64,000 nucleotides of DNA from Octopus vulgaris (Eukaryota), in NCBI GenBank assembly GCA_951406725.2, contig OX597836.1:33294001-33358000 (forward strand), given 5' to 3'. The notes under the pieces are model-generated. The model had not been told where the DNA came from. It did not search any database and saw only the letters and a list, made by a program, of their open reading frames with translations. Position 1 is the first letter of the stretch, and every line of letters starts with the position of its first letter. Position numbers and translations under genes: made by a program. This document shows positions 12,833 through 25,344 of the stretch, in pieces.

Positions 12833-13754
12833 AAATGTGAGTCAGTTAATCATCAACAAGTTGCATATGACACTTAGAACCTACATACTGCTCACAGTTT
12901 AAAAGGATTTCAACGGTGGACAGACAGACAGACATACCTCAACTTATGTTGGTAACTGGTTCCAAGAGATGCAAAATGATGTAAGATGGAAAACAAAACA
13001 TCTTTAAAAAATGTATTAGCTTATACCTTGGTGCTTGGAAGAGCATCCAGCAGTAGAGAGCATACCAAAACAGACATGGGACCTGGGCAGCACTTCAACT
13101 GGCTAGCTTCTGTCAAACTGTCCAACCCATGCCAGCATGGAAAATGGATGTTAAATGACGGTGATGATGATCAGTTTTAATAAATGACTTGTATATAATT
13201 CCACGAGTATTTCATTCGATTTCCCCTTCAGTATTGGTTTTTTAAAAATTCTTATGTTTTTAAATATAATCACCGAGATTGACTGAAGATGAAATCAATA
13301 AAGCTAAGTTGACTGAAGATGAAAGTCAATAAAGCTAAGTTGAGGTAAGCCTGTGTATGCATTGAGTATGATATACAACTAACTAATTTAAACAAATACT
13401 ACTTCTGTCACTAATAATGAAACTCCAGTTAATTATAATAGATGTAATATGGATAATAAAGATGTGTAAAAGCAAATACATTAAGTAAATTTAAGCCAAA
13501 ACCAAAAGAGATTTCATGAGAAACAAATGGAGTCAAAAGAGCTTAACTTTAGTTCCACAAGATGAAATGATCCTCTCCTTATCAAAAGATAATGCCAAGA
13601 AGAAGAGAGAGCTATGTACCTCCTCTACAGGAAGACACCTGTTTCTGTCTCTCTGACACACTATAACCACTCATTATCTGATACAAAATCACCTTTGCCA
13701 ATACCCCCTCCCCTCTCATAATTCCTCGTCTTGCAAGTTACTTGGTGACCCTGC

Positions 13755-14045
13755 CAGTGCTGGTGCCACGTAAAAAGCATCCACTCCACACTGTAAAGTG
13801 GTTGGCATTTGGAAGGGCAACCAGCTGTGAAAACTACACCAAAATTGACCTCACCTGTGCTGGTGCCACATAAGAAGCACTCAGTTCTCTCTATGGGGTG
13901 GTTGGTGTTAAGAAGGGCATCCAGTCGTAAAAACCATGCCAAAACAGACACAGAAGCATGGAGCAGTCCACTGGCTCACTAGCTCCTGTCAAACCATTCA
14001 ACCCAGACCAGCATGGGTGGTGGATGCTAAATGATGACGGTAATG
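13755..14045 (+). mobile_element. Diverged V-domain SINE (family C), partly duplicated
   Basis: GTGCTGGTGCCACGTAAAAAGCA and GGTTGG..GAAGGGCA each occur twice. Confidence 0.7.
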
Positions 14046-14140
14046 AAGTAGTAACCGAATTTCCCTCAAAGTACACCTGATTAGTTTAACGCTTTTGTTA
14101 CTATATTTCTGTTGAAATGTGATAACAGAAATATGGTAAC

Positions 14141-14481
14141 TTATTTCGTTTTGGATTTGGTTTGCAAGATTCTTTATGTGAGTTCGTGTATTGAAGCATA
14201 GTCTGTTGCGACTGGGGAGAGTCATTTTCTTTTTGTGCCTTATAATTTAACACACACACTGGTAAAATTTCCACTTATTTCTTATTTTTATGTTCCTAAA
14301 ATTTCCATTGCGTCTTGCAGCCTTTTCAATAGTCTTGAGTCTTGAAAAGACTATTGAAAAGGTTGCAAGACGCAAAGAAAATTTTAGGAAAATAAAAATA
14401 AGAAATAAGTGGAAATTTTACCGGTGAGTGTGTTAAATTATAAGGCACAAAAAGAAAATAACTCTCCCCAGACACAACAGA
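14141..14481. mobile_element. Fold-back (inverted pLTR-like) element with variant HHR
   Basis: Arms ~14203-14336 and 14347-14481 are reverse complements; ATATGGTAAC on both flanks; second copy 16434-16719. Confidence 0.8.
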
Positions 14482-14737
14482 ATATGGTAACACAGCTTTG
14501 TATCAATTAATTTTTAAAATAATGCAAAATTTAGTAAAGCAATTATTATTAAAGTGACTATTAAGCTGGTGCTTGGAATGTAAATTGACATGAGATTGCG
14601 GCAGAAGGTTTTAATTGAGATCACTTTAAGCCAAGAAATTTGTATCATAGCAACAGGGATGGTTATCGGTACGTTTGTATCAAAAGAGTTGTATAGCCAT
14701 ATGCCTTGCAGTAGGTTGTTCCATTGATTCTTTTATG

Positions 14738-15123
14738 TATGGTTGTGTGACTAAGTAGCTGACTTTGGAACTGCAGTGTTTCAGGTTCAGTCTCACTGAG
14801 TGGCACCTTGAGCAATTATCTTCTATTGTAGCTCCAGGCTGACCAATGCCTTCTTCAGTGAATTTGGTCATCAGAAATTCAATAGAAATTCAATAGAAGC
14901 CCTTCACCCCCACATCACACCACTTGAGAACTAGTGTTGGTTTGTTTACATTTCTGTAACTCAGCGGTTCAGCAAAAGAGACTGATGGAATAATTACCAG
15001 ACTTAAAAAAACAAAAAACAAGCATAAGGGACGATGATCGATTTGTTTGCCTAAAACTCTTCAAAACAGTGCCCCAGCATGGCCATAGTCAAATGATTGC
15101 CACAAGTGAAAGATAAAAGATAA
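14738..15123 (+). mobile_element. Diverged family A SINE
   Basis: A/B boxes, core and tail recognisable. Confidence 0.75.
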
Positions 15124-16433
15124 GACAGAATTCTTCCATGTTCTTCCTGTCTCTCTCTTCTCCTTTGACTTACGTGCAACCTGGTACTTTACTGAAGCTT
15201 TTTCTAGTGCAAGGGTTCTCAACCATTTTTTATCTACAGACCCCTTAGATTATTATTTTATTCTGGCAGACCCCCCTAGCCATTCAATGTTTAAAATCTA
15301 CTTTTATAGATACTTCTTTTAATAATTAAGAAAAAAAAAAAAAAAAAAAACTATTGTGGATCCACAATTTACTATTTTGTTGTGTGAACCCCTAGGAATT
15401 TTGTATGGACCTTCAGGGACCATGTGGCACCTGACACATCTTTCAACCTTCATATTTCCTTTCTCTAGATCGTTGGTGTCTCTCGACCTGTCTAGCTCTT
15501 ACTCTGATATCACTAAACATTAGTCTGTGTTTAGTGGTACTATACTTCACTGGAGGGGAAGAAGGAAAAAAAAACAACAAAAAAAGTGTTCATAGCCATC
15601 TGTCTATCCTGTTTCCTGGTTACTTTGAAGTCTCTTTGGCTTGTATGCTAGCTAAAGTGTTAGGTGATCAGATGGCTGGCTGTTTCCTGGAGTTTACTGT
15701 TACAATGGCTAGGTCACTTAAATCACAGAATTCCAAGAACTTTCATCCCTCTTCGTTTCATGCATATATGTATTATCATCATCATCGTTTTAATGTCCAC
15801 TTTTCAACGATCACATGGGTTGAATGGAATTTGGCGAGGCAGATTTTTCCATGGTCAGATGCCTTTTTTTTTTTTGTCACCAACCCCTCACCTGTTTCCA
15901 AATAAGGTAATAGTTCTCTGTAACCAGACTGGTTTCTACAGAAGACATGAAACAGAGGACACCGCTCGCATGATAGTGGCACTTGTTTACAACTACCACA
16001 TATATATACTCAAAGTTACAGTAACACACACACAACAGGCTTCTTTCAGTCTCCACCTAACAAATCCCCTCATAAGGCCTTGGTCAGCTTGGCACAATAG
16101 TAGACACTTGCTCAAGGTGTCACACAGTGGAACCATGACTAACCCATTTGCATCGATGGCCATCCTTATCCAGTCACTGCATGAATGTTAAGGAATGTAA
16201 CAGTGAACTGATACAAAGTGCTTTATTTTCTGGCATTCAAGTCAACATAGTACACAGTGAAATCATTCAAACAGCGTCACTATATTTCCAAACCCTGCTA
16301 CAATGTACATAGAATTTTTGGTTTTTCAAAGTTATCTTCATCTACAAGCCAACCTACTGTTTTTGGCTGTAAATTTTGGTCTGAAGAATTCAACTTGTAT
16401 GCGAAGGAAAATACAGTAAACTTTATTCATTAC

Positions 16434-16719
16434 TTTTCATTTTCGGATTTGGTTTGCAAGATTATTTATATGAGTTCGTGTGTTGAAGTATATTTTGTTG
16501 TGCCTGGGGAGAGTCATTTTCTTTTTGTGCCCTATTACGTAACATACTCACCGGTAAAATTTCCACTTTTTTCTTATTTTTATTGTCCTAAAATTTTCAT
16601 TGCATCTTGCAACCTTTTCAATAGTTTTGAGAGTCAAAGAAAAAAGTGGAGATTTTGCTGGTGAGTGTGTTACATAATAAGGCACAAAAAGAAAATGACT
16701 CCCCCCAGACACAACAGAA
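16434..16719. mobile_element. Fold-back element, second copy, with 11-12 bp TSD
   Basis: TTATTCATTAC at 16423-16433 and 16720-16730; homologous to 14141-14481. Confidence 0.85.
16588..16624 (-). ncRNA. Minimal HHR-like motif with U3-A8 instead of C3-G8
   Basis: Minus: CTA-TTGAAAA-G-GTTGC-AAGAT-GCAAT-GAAA-AT-TT-TAG; same spacing as the canonical minimal HHRs in this window. Confidence 0.5.
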
Positions 16720-16765
16720 TTATTCATTACTGTTTTCCATAACATCTGGACTGTCATAAATCGTA

Positions 16766-17099
16766 AGACTCCCCTCAGTCATGAATGACCATGGGCTTGT
16801 ACTTAGTTCCCCTCGGAGGCACAAGTCCGGGCAAGGTTGTCTTTTTTATAGAAGACCAGCAGTCGACCGTGCATACCAGCCCCCACCTCTCCATGCCACC
16901 GATGTTATTCAAGAGAAACCAAAGGCCGATACAGCCTGGCACCAGTGCCATTGCAACTCATTTCTACAGATGAGAGAACCGGAGCAACATGAAATAAAGT
17001 GTCTTGCTCAAGAACACAACACACAGCCCGGATAGGGAATCGAACTCACCACCTCATGATTGTGAGCCTAACGCTCTAACTACTGAGCCATGTGCCTTC
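16766..17099 (-). mobile_element. tRNA-derived CORE-type SINE (family E)
   Basis: Minus head TGGCTCAGTAGTTAGAGC...GAGTTCGATTCCC; homologous to 7250-7559. Confidence 0.85.
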
Positions 17100-17274
17100 A
17101 CTGGACCATCATATATTTTATTCTATTTCGCAGGCACCACTAAAGGACATAAATTATACTTTGGAACAAGAAATCTATTTTAATTCTCTGGAGAAAACCA
17201 GTCATGTTTGTATGTTTGTTTTGCAAAATACTTGATGTGAAAACTTGTGTTAAAACAGATGCTGTTACATTTAT

Positions 17275-17893
17275 CTTTGTTTCAGTCATTAGACTGTGGC
17301 CATGCTGGAGTAGCACCTTGAATTTTCAGATGAATGAGTCAACCCCAGTACTCTTTTTTTTTTTTTTTAAAGTAGTATTTATACTATCAGTCTCTTCTGC
17401 TAAACCTATTTCTTTACTACCCACAAGAAGTTAAACACAGAGGGGACAAATAAGGACAGACAAACGGATTAAGTCGATTATATCGACCCCAGTGCGTAAC
17501 TGGTACTTATTTAATCGACCCGGAAAGGATGAAAGGCAAAGTCGACCGTGGCGGAATTTGAACTCAGAACGTAACGGGAGACGAAATATGGCTACGCATT
17601 TCGCCTGGCCTGCTAACGTTTCTGCCAGCTCGCTAGGTTACAGGGATACAAACATACCAACACCAGTTGTTAAGCTGTGGTGGAAGGACAAACACAGACA
17701 CACACACACACACATATATATATTTATATACAATAGGTCTCTTTCAGTTTCTGTCAACCAAATTCACTCACATGGCTTTAGTTGGCCCAGGGCTATAGTA
17801 GAAAGCAGTTGCCCAAGGTTCTGCACAGTGGAACTGAACCTGGAACCATGTGGTTGAGAAGCAAACTTCTTACCACACAGCCACTCCTGCACC
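17275..17893 (-). mobile_element. Family A SINE interrupted by a Meta-SINE (17406-17633)
   Basis: Family A sequence stops at ~17405 and resumes at ~17634. Confidence 0.8.
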
Positions 17894-18145
17894 TGGGGAT
17901 GGTCATTTCTTTTTTTGCCTATAAACACACGCTCTACATATTCATTACTCTTTACTTGTTTCAGTCATTTGACTGTGGCCATGCTGGTGTACCGCCTTTA
18001 GTCAAGCAAATCGACCTCAGGACTTATTCTTTGTAAGCCTAGTACTTATTCTATCAGTCCCTTTTGCCGAACCGCTAAATTATGGGGACGTAAACACACC
18101 ATCATCGGTTGTCAAGCGATGTTGGGGAGACAAACACAGACACAG

Positions 18146-18199
<54 letters not shown>

Positions 18200-18382
18200 T
18201 ACAAAATGGAGTCAACCCTGCAAGGAACAGCCATAACATCCAAGGGATTAAGTCTTGCACTGTCAGTCATCTGAGCCCCTTGGAAACACAAATAAGCACC
18301 AGCCTCTCGGGCCTGTAAGATTGAAACAAACCTTATTTCATTGGTTTATTAAAATATCCTCTGACTTCACGTTTCTCAGTAT

Positions 18383-18845
18383 ATCATCATCATCATCGTT
18401 TAATGTCTGCTTTCCATGCTAGCATGGGTTGGACGATTTGACAGAGGACTGGCGAACCAGATGGCTGCACCAGGCTCCAATCTGATCTGGCAGAGTTCCT
18501 ACAGCTGAATGCCCTTCCTAACGCCAACCACTCCGAGAGTGTACTGGATGCTTTTACGTGCCACCGGCACGGGGGGTAGTCAGGCGGTACTGGCAACGAC
18601 CATGCTTGAATGTTTTTTCACATGCCACCAGCACAGAAGCCAGTTAGCTGCTCTGGCAACGATCACGCTCAGATGGTGCTCTTAGTGCCCCACTAGCACG
18701 GGACACAAGTGCCAGTAAGGTGACGCTGGTAACGATCACGCTCGAATGGTGCCTTTTACATGCCACCGGCACGGAACCCAGTTAGCTCTGTCAAAGGTTA
18801 CGCTCAGATGGTGCTCTTAGCACCCCATGAGCACGGATGCCACTC
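18383..18845 (-). mobile_element. V-domain SINE (family C) with ~63-bp tandem units
   Basis: Near-collinear with 3281-3760. Confidence 0.85.
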
Positions 18846-18995
18846 ATAATAAGTTACTTTATACTGTTTATTGTTAGAACGAACAAAAAACAAAAACAAA
18901 AAAAAAATATAAAAAAGAAAGTGTATCATTTTTGTTTTTAACCACTGTTGAAGCCAAACCTTTTTATCTAAATATGTTAAGTGTTTTGAATGTAT

Positions 18996-19207
18996 TTGAC
19001 CCTTTAACATTCACAGTGTCCTGTCAAAAGTAATGTTTATTCATCCGCATTGTTTTGAATGAGTCGTGCATTATCTTGTAACTTTGAGAATTTGAAATTT
19101 TTTAGATATTGTAGGGTAGTTATGAGAAACCAGATCTGGCCAGTTTGAACATGAAGCAGGTAGAATATTTTGGTTGGATACGGCTGGTTTAAATACAAAA
19201 GGGTTAA
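18996..19207. mobile_element. piggyBac-type MITE
   Basis: TTGACCCTTT...AAAGGGTTAA termini. Confidence 0.7.
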
Positions 19208-19762
19208 TATATAAGTTGGTCTATCCAGTACTGTTATACTGCTAACCTTAAAGGCAATTTAAGCAATGTATTTGTGGCTGGATGCAGTACTGATGAAAGA
19301 GGAATAGCTCTCGAAATATGGATGTACACCCATTACCTATTTTTCTATCTTCAGTTGCATTGTTTACATAGACATATTTGCATATGAAACGTCATAACTT
19401 TCAGTACTGGCTCTAAAATCTATAGAATACCCACAGAAGTAACTTAAAAGTGTAATCCGAGAATATTTTGGCTGGATACGGCTGGTTTAAATACAAAAGG
19501 GTTAATATATAAGTTAGTCTATCCAGTACTGTTATATTGCTAAACTTAAAGGCAATTTAAGCAATGTATTTGTGGATGGTTACTGGGGTGGATGCGGTAC
19601 TGATGAAAGAGGAATAGCTCCCGAAATATGGATGTACACCCATTACCTATTTTTCTATCTTCAGTTGCATTGTTTACATAGACATATTTGCATATGAAAC
19701 GTCATAACTTTCAGTACTGGCTCTAGAATCTATAGAATACCTATAGAAGTAACTTAAAAGTG
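19163..19762. repeat. ~300-bp direct tandem duplication
   Basis: 19163-19452 nearly identical to 19462-19762. Confidence 0.9.
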
Positions 19763-20099
19763 CTTCCCATCTGTGTACAATACGAGAATAATCACCAAAC
19801 AATTTTATTTCATGAATTGATCCAGCAGACGCAAATTTTTTTTTTTTCTCCAAGGTGTTTGTTTCTGAGGTTCAATGGTTCTACTAAAGGAAATAAAACA
19901 AAACACAGACTCCACGTGTGTGTGTGTGTGGTTAAAGGAAGAAAAGAATGAGAAGGAAAATCAATGAAGCAAAAAAAAAAAACTGGAGCAAAAGAAAAAA
20001 AAAATCAGTACAGAAGAATAAAGTAAAAATCGATCAGCATGTTATACTTGGCCAAGTCCCTAATGAATTCTATGTCATGCTTGACCGAGTTGACTAATT

Positions 20100-20460
20100 A
20101 ACCCACTGGGCCATACTTAACCTCAATCAACTAATGTACTTCCATTTGTCATACTTGAGTGAATTAACCAATGTAATTAGAAAGTCACACTTGCGTGAAT
20201 TAACCAATATATTTAGAGTGTCATACTTAAGAGCATTAACCAATATATTTAGAGTCATACTTGAGTGATTTAACCAGTATATTCAGAGTGTAATACTCGA
20301 GTTAATCAATATATTTAGTGTCATACTTGAGAGAATTAAACAATATGTTTAGATTGACATATTTGAGAGAATTAACAAATGTATTTAGCGTCATACTTGA
20401 GTGAATTAATCAATACATTCAGAGTGTCATACTTGACTGAGTCAAACATCACACTTGAGT
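20100..20460. repeat. Degenerate ~37-39 bp minisatellite
   Basis: GTCATACTTGAGTGAATTAACCAATATATTTAGA variants, about 9 units. Confidence 0.85.
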
Positions 20461-21524
20461 TGACCTACAGACTCAGTACAGTACATTTGCAGACCAGTTG
20501 TTTGGGGGATTTGTAGAACGTTAACTGGCAAGTGATACCAATCCTAAAATTTGGTCTCAATGAAACATAATTTTAACCAATGCTATGAAAAATTAGTAGC
20601 GGAAAAGTTCTGTGAACAACAGAGACCAACATGAGGCTTAGAATTAAGGGAAAAAAAGCAAAAAAAAAAAAAAAAAAAAAAAAAGCTGTTAGTTCTAAGC
20701 AAATTAAGTTCCTCCCAAACCATTCAAAATGTCAACATGGTGGGGATAGGGGTACAGACCTTCTGATGATGAGATGATGTAGTTGGAGATGGTGGTTCCA
20801 TCTAGAGCAGTGCTGACTGAACAAATTTATGATTAAAGGCATGTGTGTGTGTGTAGGGACAGGGCCTGGTTTTTACCACATAAACAAAATCAAACTGACT
20901 TCATAGGGTGTTCTGCTCTGCCCCTACACCAACTGGAATTTCCCTGTTAAAGTTTCGTTTGAACAGAACCCTTCAACATTTGGTTATGCTTTCACTTAGA
21001 TTTGATCTTCTTGATTGCCCTCAAGTCAGCATGATCTGGACAGACAAGTGATGAATGGCATTCCAGCTGTGACCATCAACCTTGATTTTTGTTTTTTTTT
21101 TCTATTCAGATACAGATAACATATCTGGGACTACATTATTCAATGTGTCCTTCTGCTTTTTTGTTCTTTGTTATTTAACAAAACAAAAAAAAAAAAAAAA
21201 AAAAAAAAACTGACAGTGTAATTTGAGGAAGATTTGGTTGCTATTTCTAAAAAGAGGCAAAATACCAAATTCACTAGCACTTAGGGTGATATAGTGTAGA
21301 ACAAAATGTGACAAGGCTGGCCCTTTGAAATACAGGTACTATGCATTTTTGCCAGCTCAGAGAACAGAAGCATTGTAAAAAAAAAATATTTTGCTTAAGG
21401 ACACAGTATCCTGCTGGGTATTGAACTCATAACCTTATGATCATAAGCTCCTGGAATTCTACTCTGCCTTTATCCTTCACAAATTCAATCATGCTGTTAA
21501 AGTTGTATACTGAAATAGGAATCT

Positions 21525-22733
21525 TTGACCCTTCAGCATTTCAACTGGCCACATCAGGCCCAAATATTCTACCTGTCTTCTGTTGAAACTGACCAGCTCA
21601 GGCCTCTCGCACCAATCCTGGCCACATCAGGCCCAAATATTCTATCTGTCTTCTGTTGAAACTGACCAACCCTGGCCACACCAGGCCCAAATATTCTACT
21701 TTGAAACTGACCAGCTCAGGCCACTAACACCAACCCTGGCCTTATCAGGCCCAAATATTTTACCTGTCTTCTGTTGAAACTGACCAGCTCAGGCCTCTTG
21801 CACCAACCCTGATCACATCAGGCCCAAATATTCTACCTTGAAACTGACCAGCTCAGGCCTCTCGCACCAACCCTGGCCACATCAGGTCCAAATATTCTAC
21901 CTGTCTTCTGTTGAAACTGACCAGCTCAGGCCTCTCGCACCAACCCTGGCCACATCAGGCCCAAATATTCTACCTGTCTTCTGTTGAAACTGACCAGCTC
22001 AGGCCTCTCACACCAACCCTGGCCTTATCAGGCCCAAATATTCTACCTATCTTCCGTTGAAATTGACCAGCTCAGGCCTCTTGCACCAACCCTGTTCACA
22101 TCAGGCCCAAATATTCTACCTTGAAACTGACCAGCTCAGGCCTCTCGTACCAACCCTGGCAACATCAGGCCCAAATATTCTACCTGTCTTCTATTCAAAC
22201 TGACCAGCTCAGGCCTCTCACACTAACCCTGGCCATATCAGGTCCAAATATTCTACCTGTCTTCTGTTCTAACTGACCAGCTCAGGCCTCTCACACCAAC
22301 CCTGGCCATATCAGGCCCAAATATTCTACCTGACTTCTGTTGAAACTGACCAGCTCAGGCCACTCACACCAACCCTGGCCTTATCAGGCCCAAATATTCT
22401 ACCTATCTTCCGTTGAAACTGACCAGCTCAGGCCTCTCACACCAACCCTGGCCAGATCAGGCCCAAATATTCTACCTATCTTCCGATGAAATTGACCAGC
22501 TCAGGCCTCTTGCACCAACCCTGATCACATCAAGTCCAAATATTCTAACCGTCTTCTGTTGAAACTGACCAGCTCAGGCCTCTCACACCAACCCTGCAAA
22601 GTCATTCTAAAAACAAACAAACAAACGCATCATCGAAATCTCAAAGCTGCAAGATTGTGTATAATTAATTCCAAAACAATGTGAATAAATTAGCATTATA
22701 TTTGACAAGCTAATTTGAATGCCAAAGGGTTAC
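21525..22733. mobile_element. piggyBac-type MITE with internal 73-bp minisatellite expansion (~15 units)
   Basis: TTGACCCTTCAGCATT...AATGCCAAAGGGTTA ends; unit CCCTGGCCACATCAGGCCCAAATATTCTACCTGTCTTCTGTTGAAACTGACCAGCTCAGGCCTCTCGCACCAA derives from the MITE body. Confidence 0.85.
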
Positions 22734-23154
22734 TAATATATTAATCATTCTATGTTCAAGCATACTGGAAAACAGGTTAAATTGGCAGTGAGATAGCTTT
22801 AAACCGTACTAAATTCCCATTAACAAATATATATATATATAACAAAAGAAAATTTCTTGCTTTTTTCCCCTCTTTTTCCTCCCCCCTTATTGACTTCATA
22901 ATAACATCTTATGTAAACTACTCAAAAAAACTTACAAGAAACAATAATCTGGGCAAAGCTTATTGTTAAGTACAGGATTTCATGTTAAGTTAATCAAGTG
23001 GAGTCGATTTTCAGTATTGGCCAATCTTCTGCCATTTCTTGGCAGACCTTAAACTCACTTCAAGTTATTGCCGGTCTTTATTATATTTTGTGAATATCTT
23101 GTGTGTGTGTGTGTGTGTGTGCGTATATATATATATATATATATAATTAATAAA

Positions 23155-23360
23155 AAAAAATGAAGAAAAAAAATTAAAATGCAAGGCTGTGGTACATGCA
23201 TTCTATTTATAAAACACTCAAGGAAGGAAAGAAATAGTGTTTTATATTTTGAGCAAAGCTCTTCTTCAGAAACAGGATAGGAAAGTCCAAGAGAAAAGGA
23301 AGACTGAGGAAAAAAAATTGCCAACAACCCACATGTAGTTACAATTTGGAATGATCCATA
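23155..23360 (-). mobile_element. PLE pLTR fragment with degenerate HHR (23239-23273)
   Basis: Minus GTTT-CTGAAGA-A-GAGC-TTT-GCTC-AAAA-TATA-AAAC (G12 lost); related to 55300-55485 and 58405-58600. Confidence 0.65.
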
Positions 23361-23362
23361 TA

Positions 23363-23408
<46 letters not shown>

Positions 23409-23574
23409 GTATGTATACATATAAATATATATATATGTAGGTATAACTATATAATTTTATTGAATTAGGTGCATATTTTGCCAAAAGAGGAAAACGTTGC
23501 CATTGATCTATTTCATTCAGGATAGGCACTGCTTACCTTGCCTACCCAGGTGGCATGTCCCTGATATATATATA

Positions 23575-23798
23575 TACTGGAGTAAACACATAAATGTGAA
23601 ACAAGGTGGAAAAAGAGTACTCAAATACCAGAGGTAGAGTAATATGCTTTATTTAAAAGCAGCAGAAATTTAACAAAAGCTGTTACTCGGAGTTTCACGT
23701 TCCCGTTCGTCGGACAGTTTTGTTAAAAAAAAAACTGTCCGATGAACGGGAACATGAAACTCCGAGTAACAGCTTTTGTTATATTTCTGCTGCTTTTA

Positions 23799-23803
<5 letters not shown>
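23575..23803. mobile_element. Inverted PLE pLTR pair: 73-bp-arm palindrome, each arm an HHR with CCGA(C/T)GA core
   Basis: Arms 23649-23721 / 23731-23803; CTGT-CCGAYGA-ACG-GGAA-CRT-GAAA-CTCCGAG-TA-ACAG. Confidence 0.8.
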
Positions 23804-23840
<37 letters not shown>

Positions 23841-24554
23841 GTGTGTGTGTGTATAAGTGTATATATGTGTGTGTCTCACTGTGTCTGTGTTTGTTCCCTA
23901 ACACTACTTGACAACCGGTGTTGATGTGTTTACATCCTTGTGGTTCAGCAAAAGAGACTGATAGGATTAAATATCAGGCTTAAAGAAAAAAAAAAAAAAA
24001 GTAAGTATTGGGATCGATTCATCCAGCTAAAAGTTTTTCACGGTGCTGCCCCAGCATGGCCGCAGTCTAATGACTGAAACAAGCGAAAGATATATTAATA
24101 ACAATGAATCGAAAAGTCTGTGCCCCTGTGTAATGGGGTGGGTAGTGGAGACGATTACATACCCCCTCCCCCTGCTGCTCTGCCACCTCCAACAGAATTG
24201 TTCCTACCCACCAAAATCTCCTGTGGGGGTAAGATGCTTGGAGGCGGGGTCTGATCACCAGAACTGGAATGGGTAAACTAAAGTGGAATCAGCTGCCATG
24301 CATCACATACCATTTAACTAGATTAGCAGACAATGCCAACAACCCCCGTAACCCCCACCCCATGGGCTGTCTCTACCCTGTGACCCTGCTCCGACAACAC
24401 AGCAGACTAGAACTCATCCTCCTATATCTTCCAGCCAGCTTAAAGCATCATACATCACTTGTAAGTATACTAGTGGTGGTGGTAGAAATTGAGGCAATGG
24501 TAGTGGTGGGAGTAGTCGTTGAAACAGTAGTAGCGTTGCAGTTTCACAACAGAT

Positions 24555-24688
24555 TCATCATCATCATCGTTTAGCGTCCGCTTTCCATGCTAGCATGGGT
24601 TGGACGGTTCAACTGGGTCTGGGAAGCCAGAAGGCTGCACCAGGCCCAGTCTGATCTGGCAGTGTTTCTACGGCTGGATGCCCTTCCT
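24555..24688 (-). mobile_element. V-domain SINE 3' fragment
   Basis: Family C match. Confidence 0.8.
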
Positions 24689-24721
24689 ATATACATATAC
24701 ATATATATATATATATATATA

Positions 24722-24958
24722 TCATCGTGATCACCGTGACTGACCAGGCTATCAGCGAGCAGGCCAACAGAAGAAAGAGTGAGAGAAAGTTGTGGCGAAA
24801 GAGTACAGCAGGGATCGCCACCATCCCCTGCCGGAGCCTCGTTGAGTTTTTTTAGGTGTCTTCGCTCAATAAACACTCACAACGCCCGGTCTGGGAATTG
24901 AAACCGCGATTCTACAACCGCGAGTCCGCTGCCCTAACCACTGGGCCATTGCACCTCC
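24722..24958 (-). mobile_element. tRNA-derived SINE (family D)
   Basis: Minus head TGGCCCAGTGGTTAGGGC...GGTTTCAATTCCC; homologous to 50039-50324. Confidence 0.85.
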
Positions 24959-24981
24959 ACACATATATATATATATATATA

Positions 24982-25139
24982 TCAGATGAACAAACCTATC
25001 GATTGGCCCACATTTATAGTATATTTTTCAATACAAAGCATGACCTAACAAATAAGTGACATCACATATTTGTTATATCATGCCTTGTATCAAAACATAA
25101 CCTATAAATGTGGTCCAATCAATGTGTTTATTAATCTGA
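24982..25139 (-). other. 158-bp imperfect hairpin, 78-nt arms, no indels
   Basis: Manual arm alignment: 63/78 Watson-Crick pairs, centre GTGA-CA-TCAC; strand inferred from G-U bias. Confidence 0.8.
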
Positions 25140-25304
25140 GGTTTTCCACATTTTCTGATTCTGTGCGTTTGTTTCCTGATAAACTCTTGCTTATCCTGTT
25201 GTTACCTGCACACCAATGCCCGGTTTATGACACAGGTAATGGATACCGATAGTACATACGGATATTTTATCCCTTAGTTGGTTATTGTAACTGCTAACTC
25301 TGTT

Positions 25305-25344
<40 letters not shown>

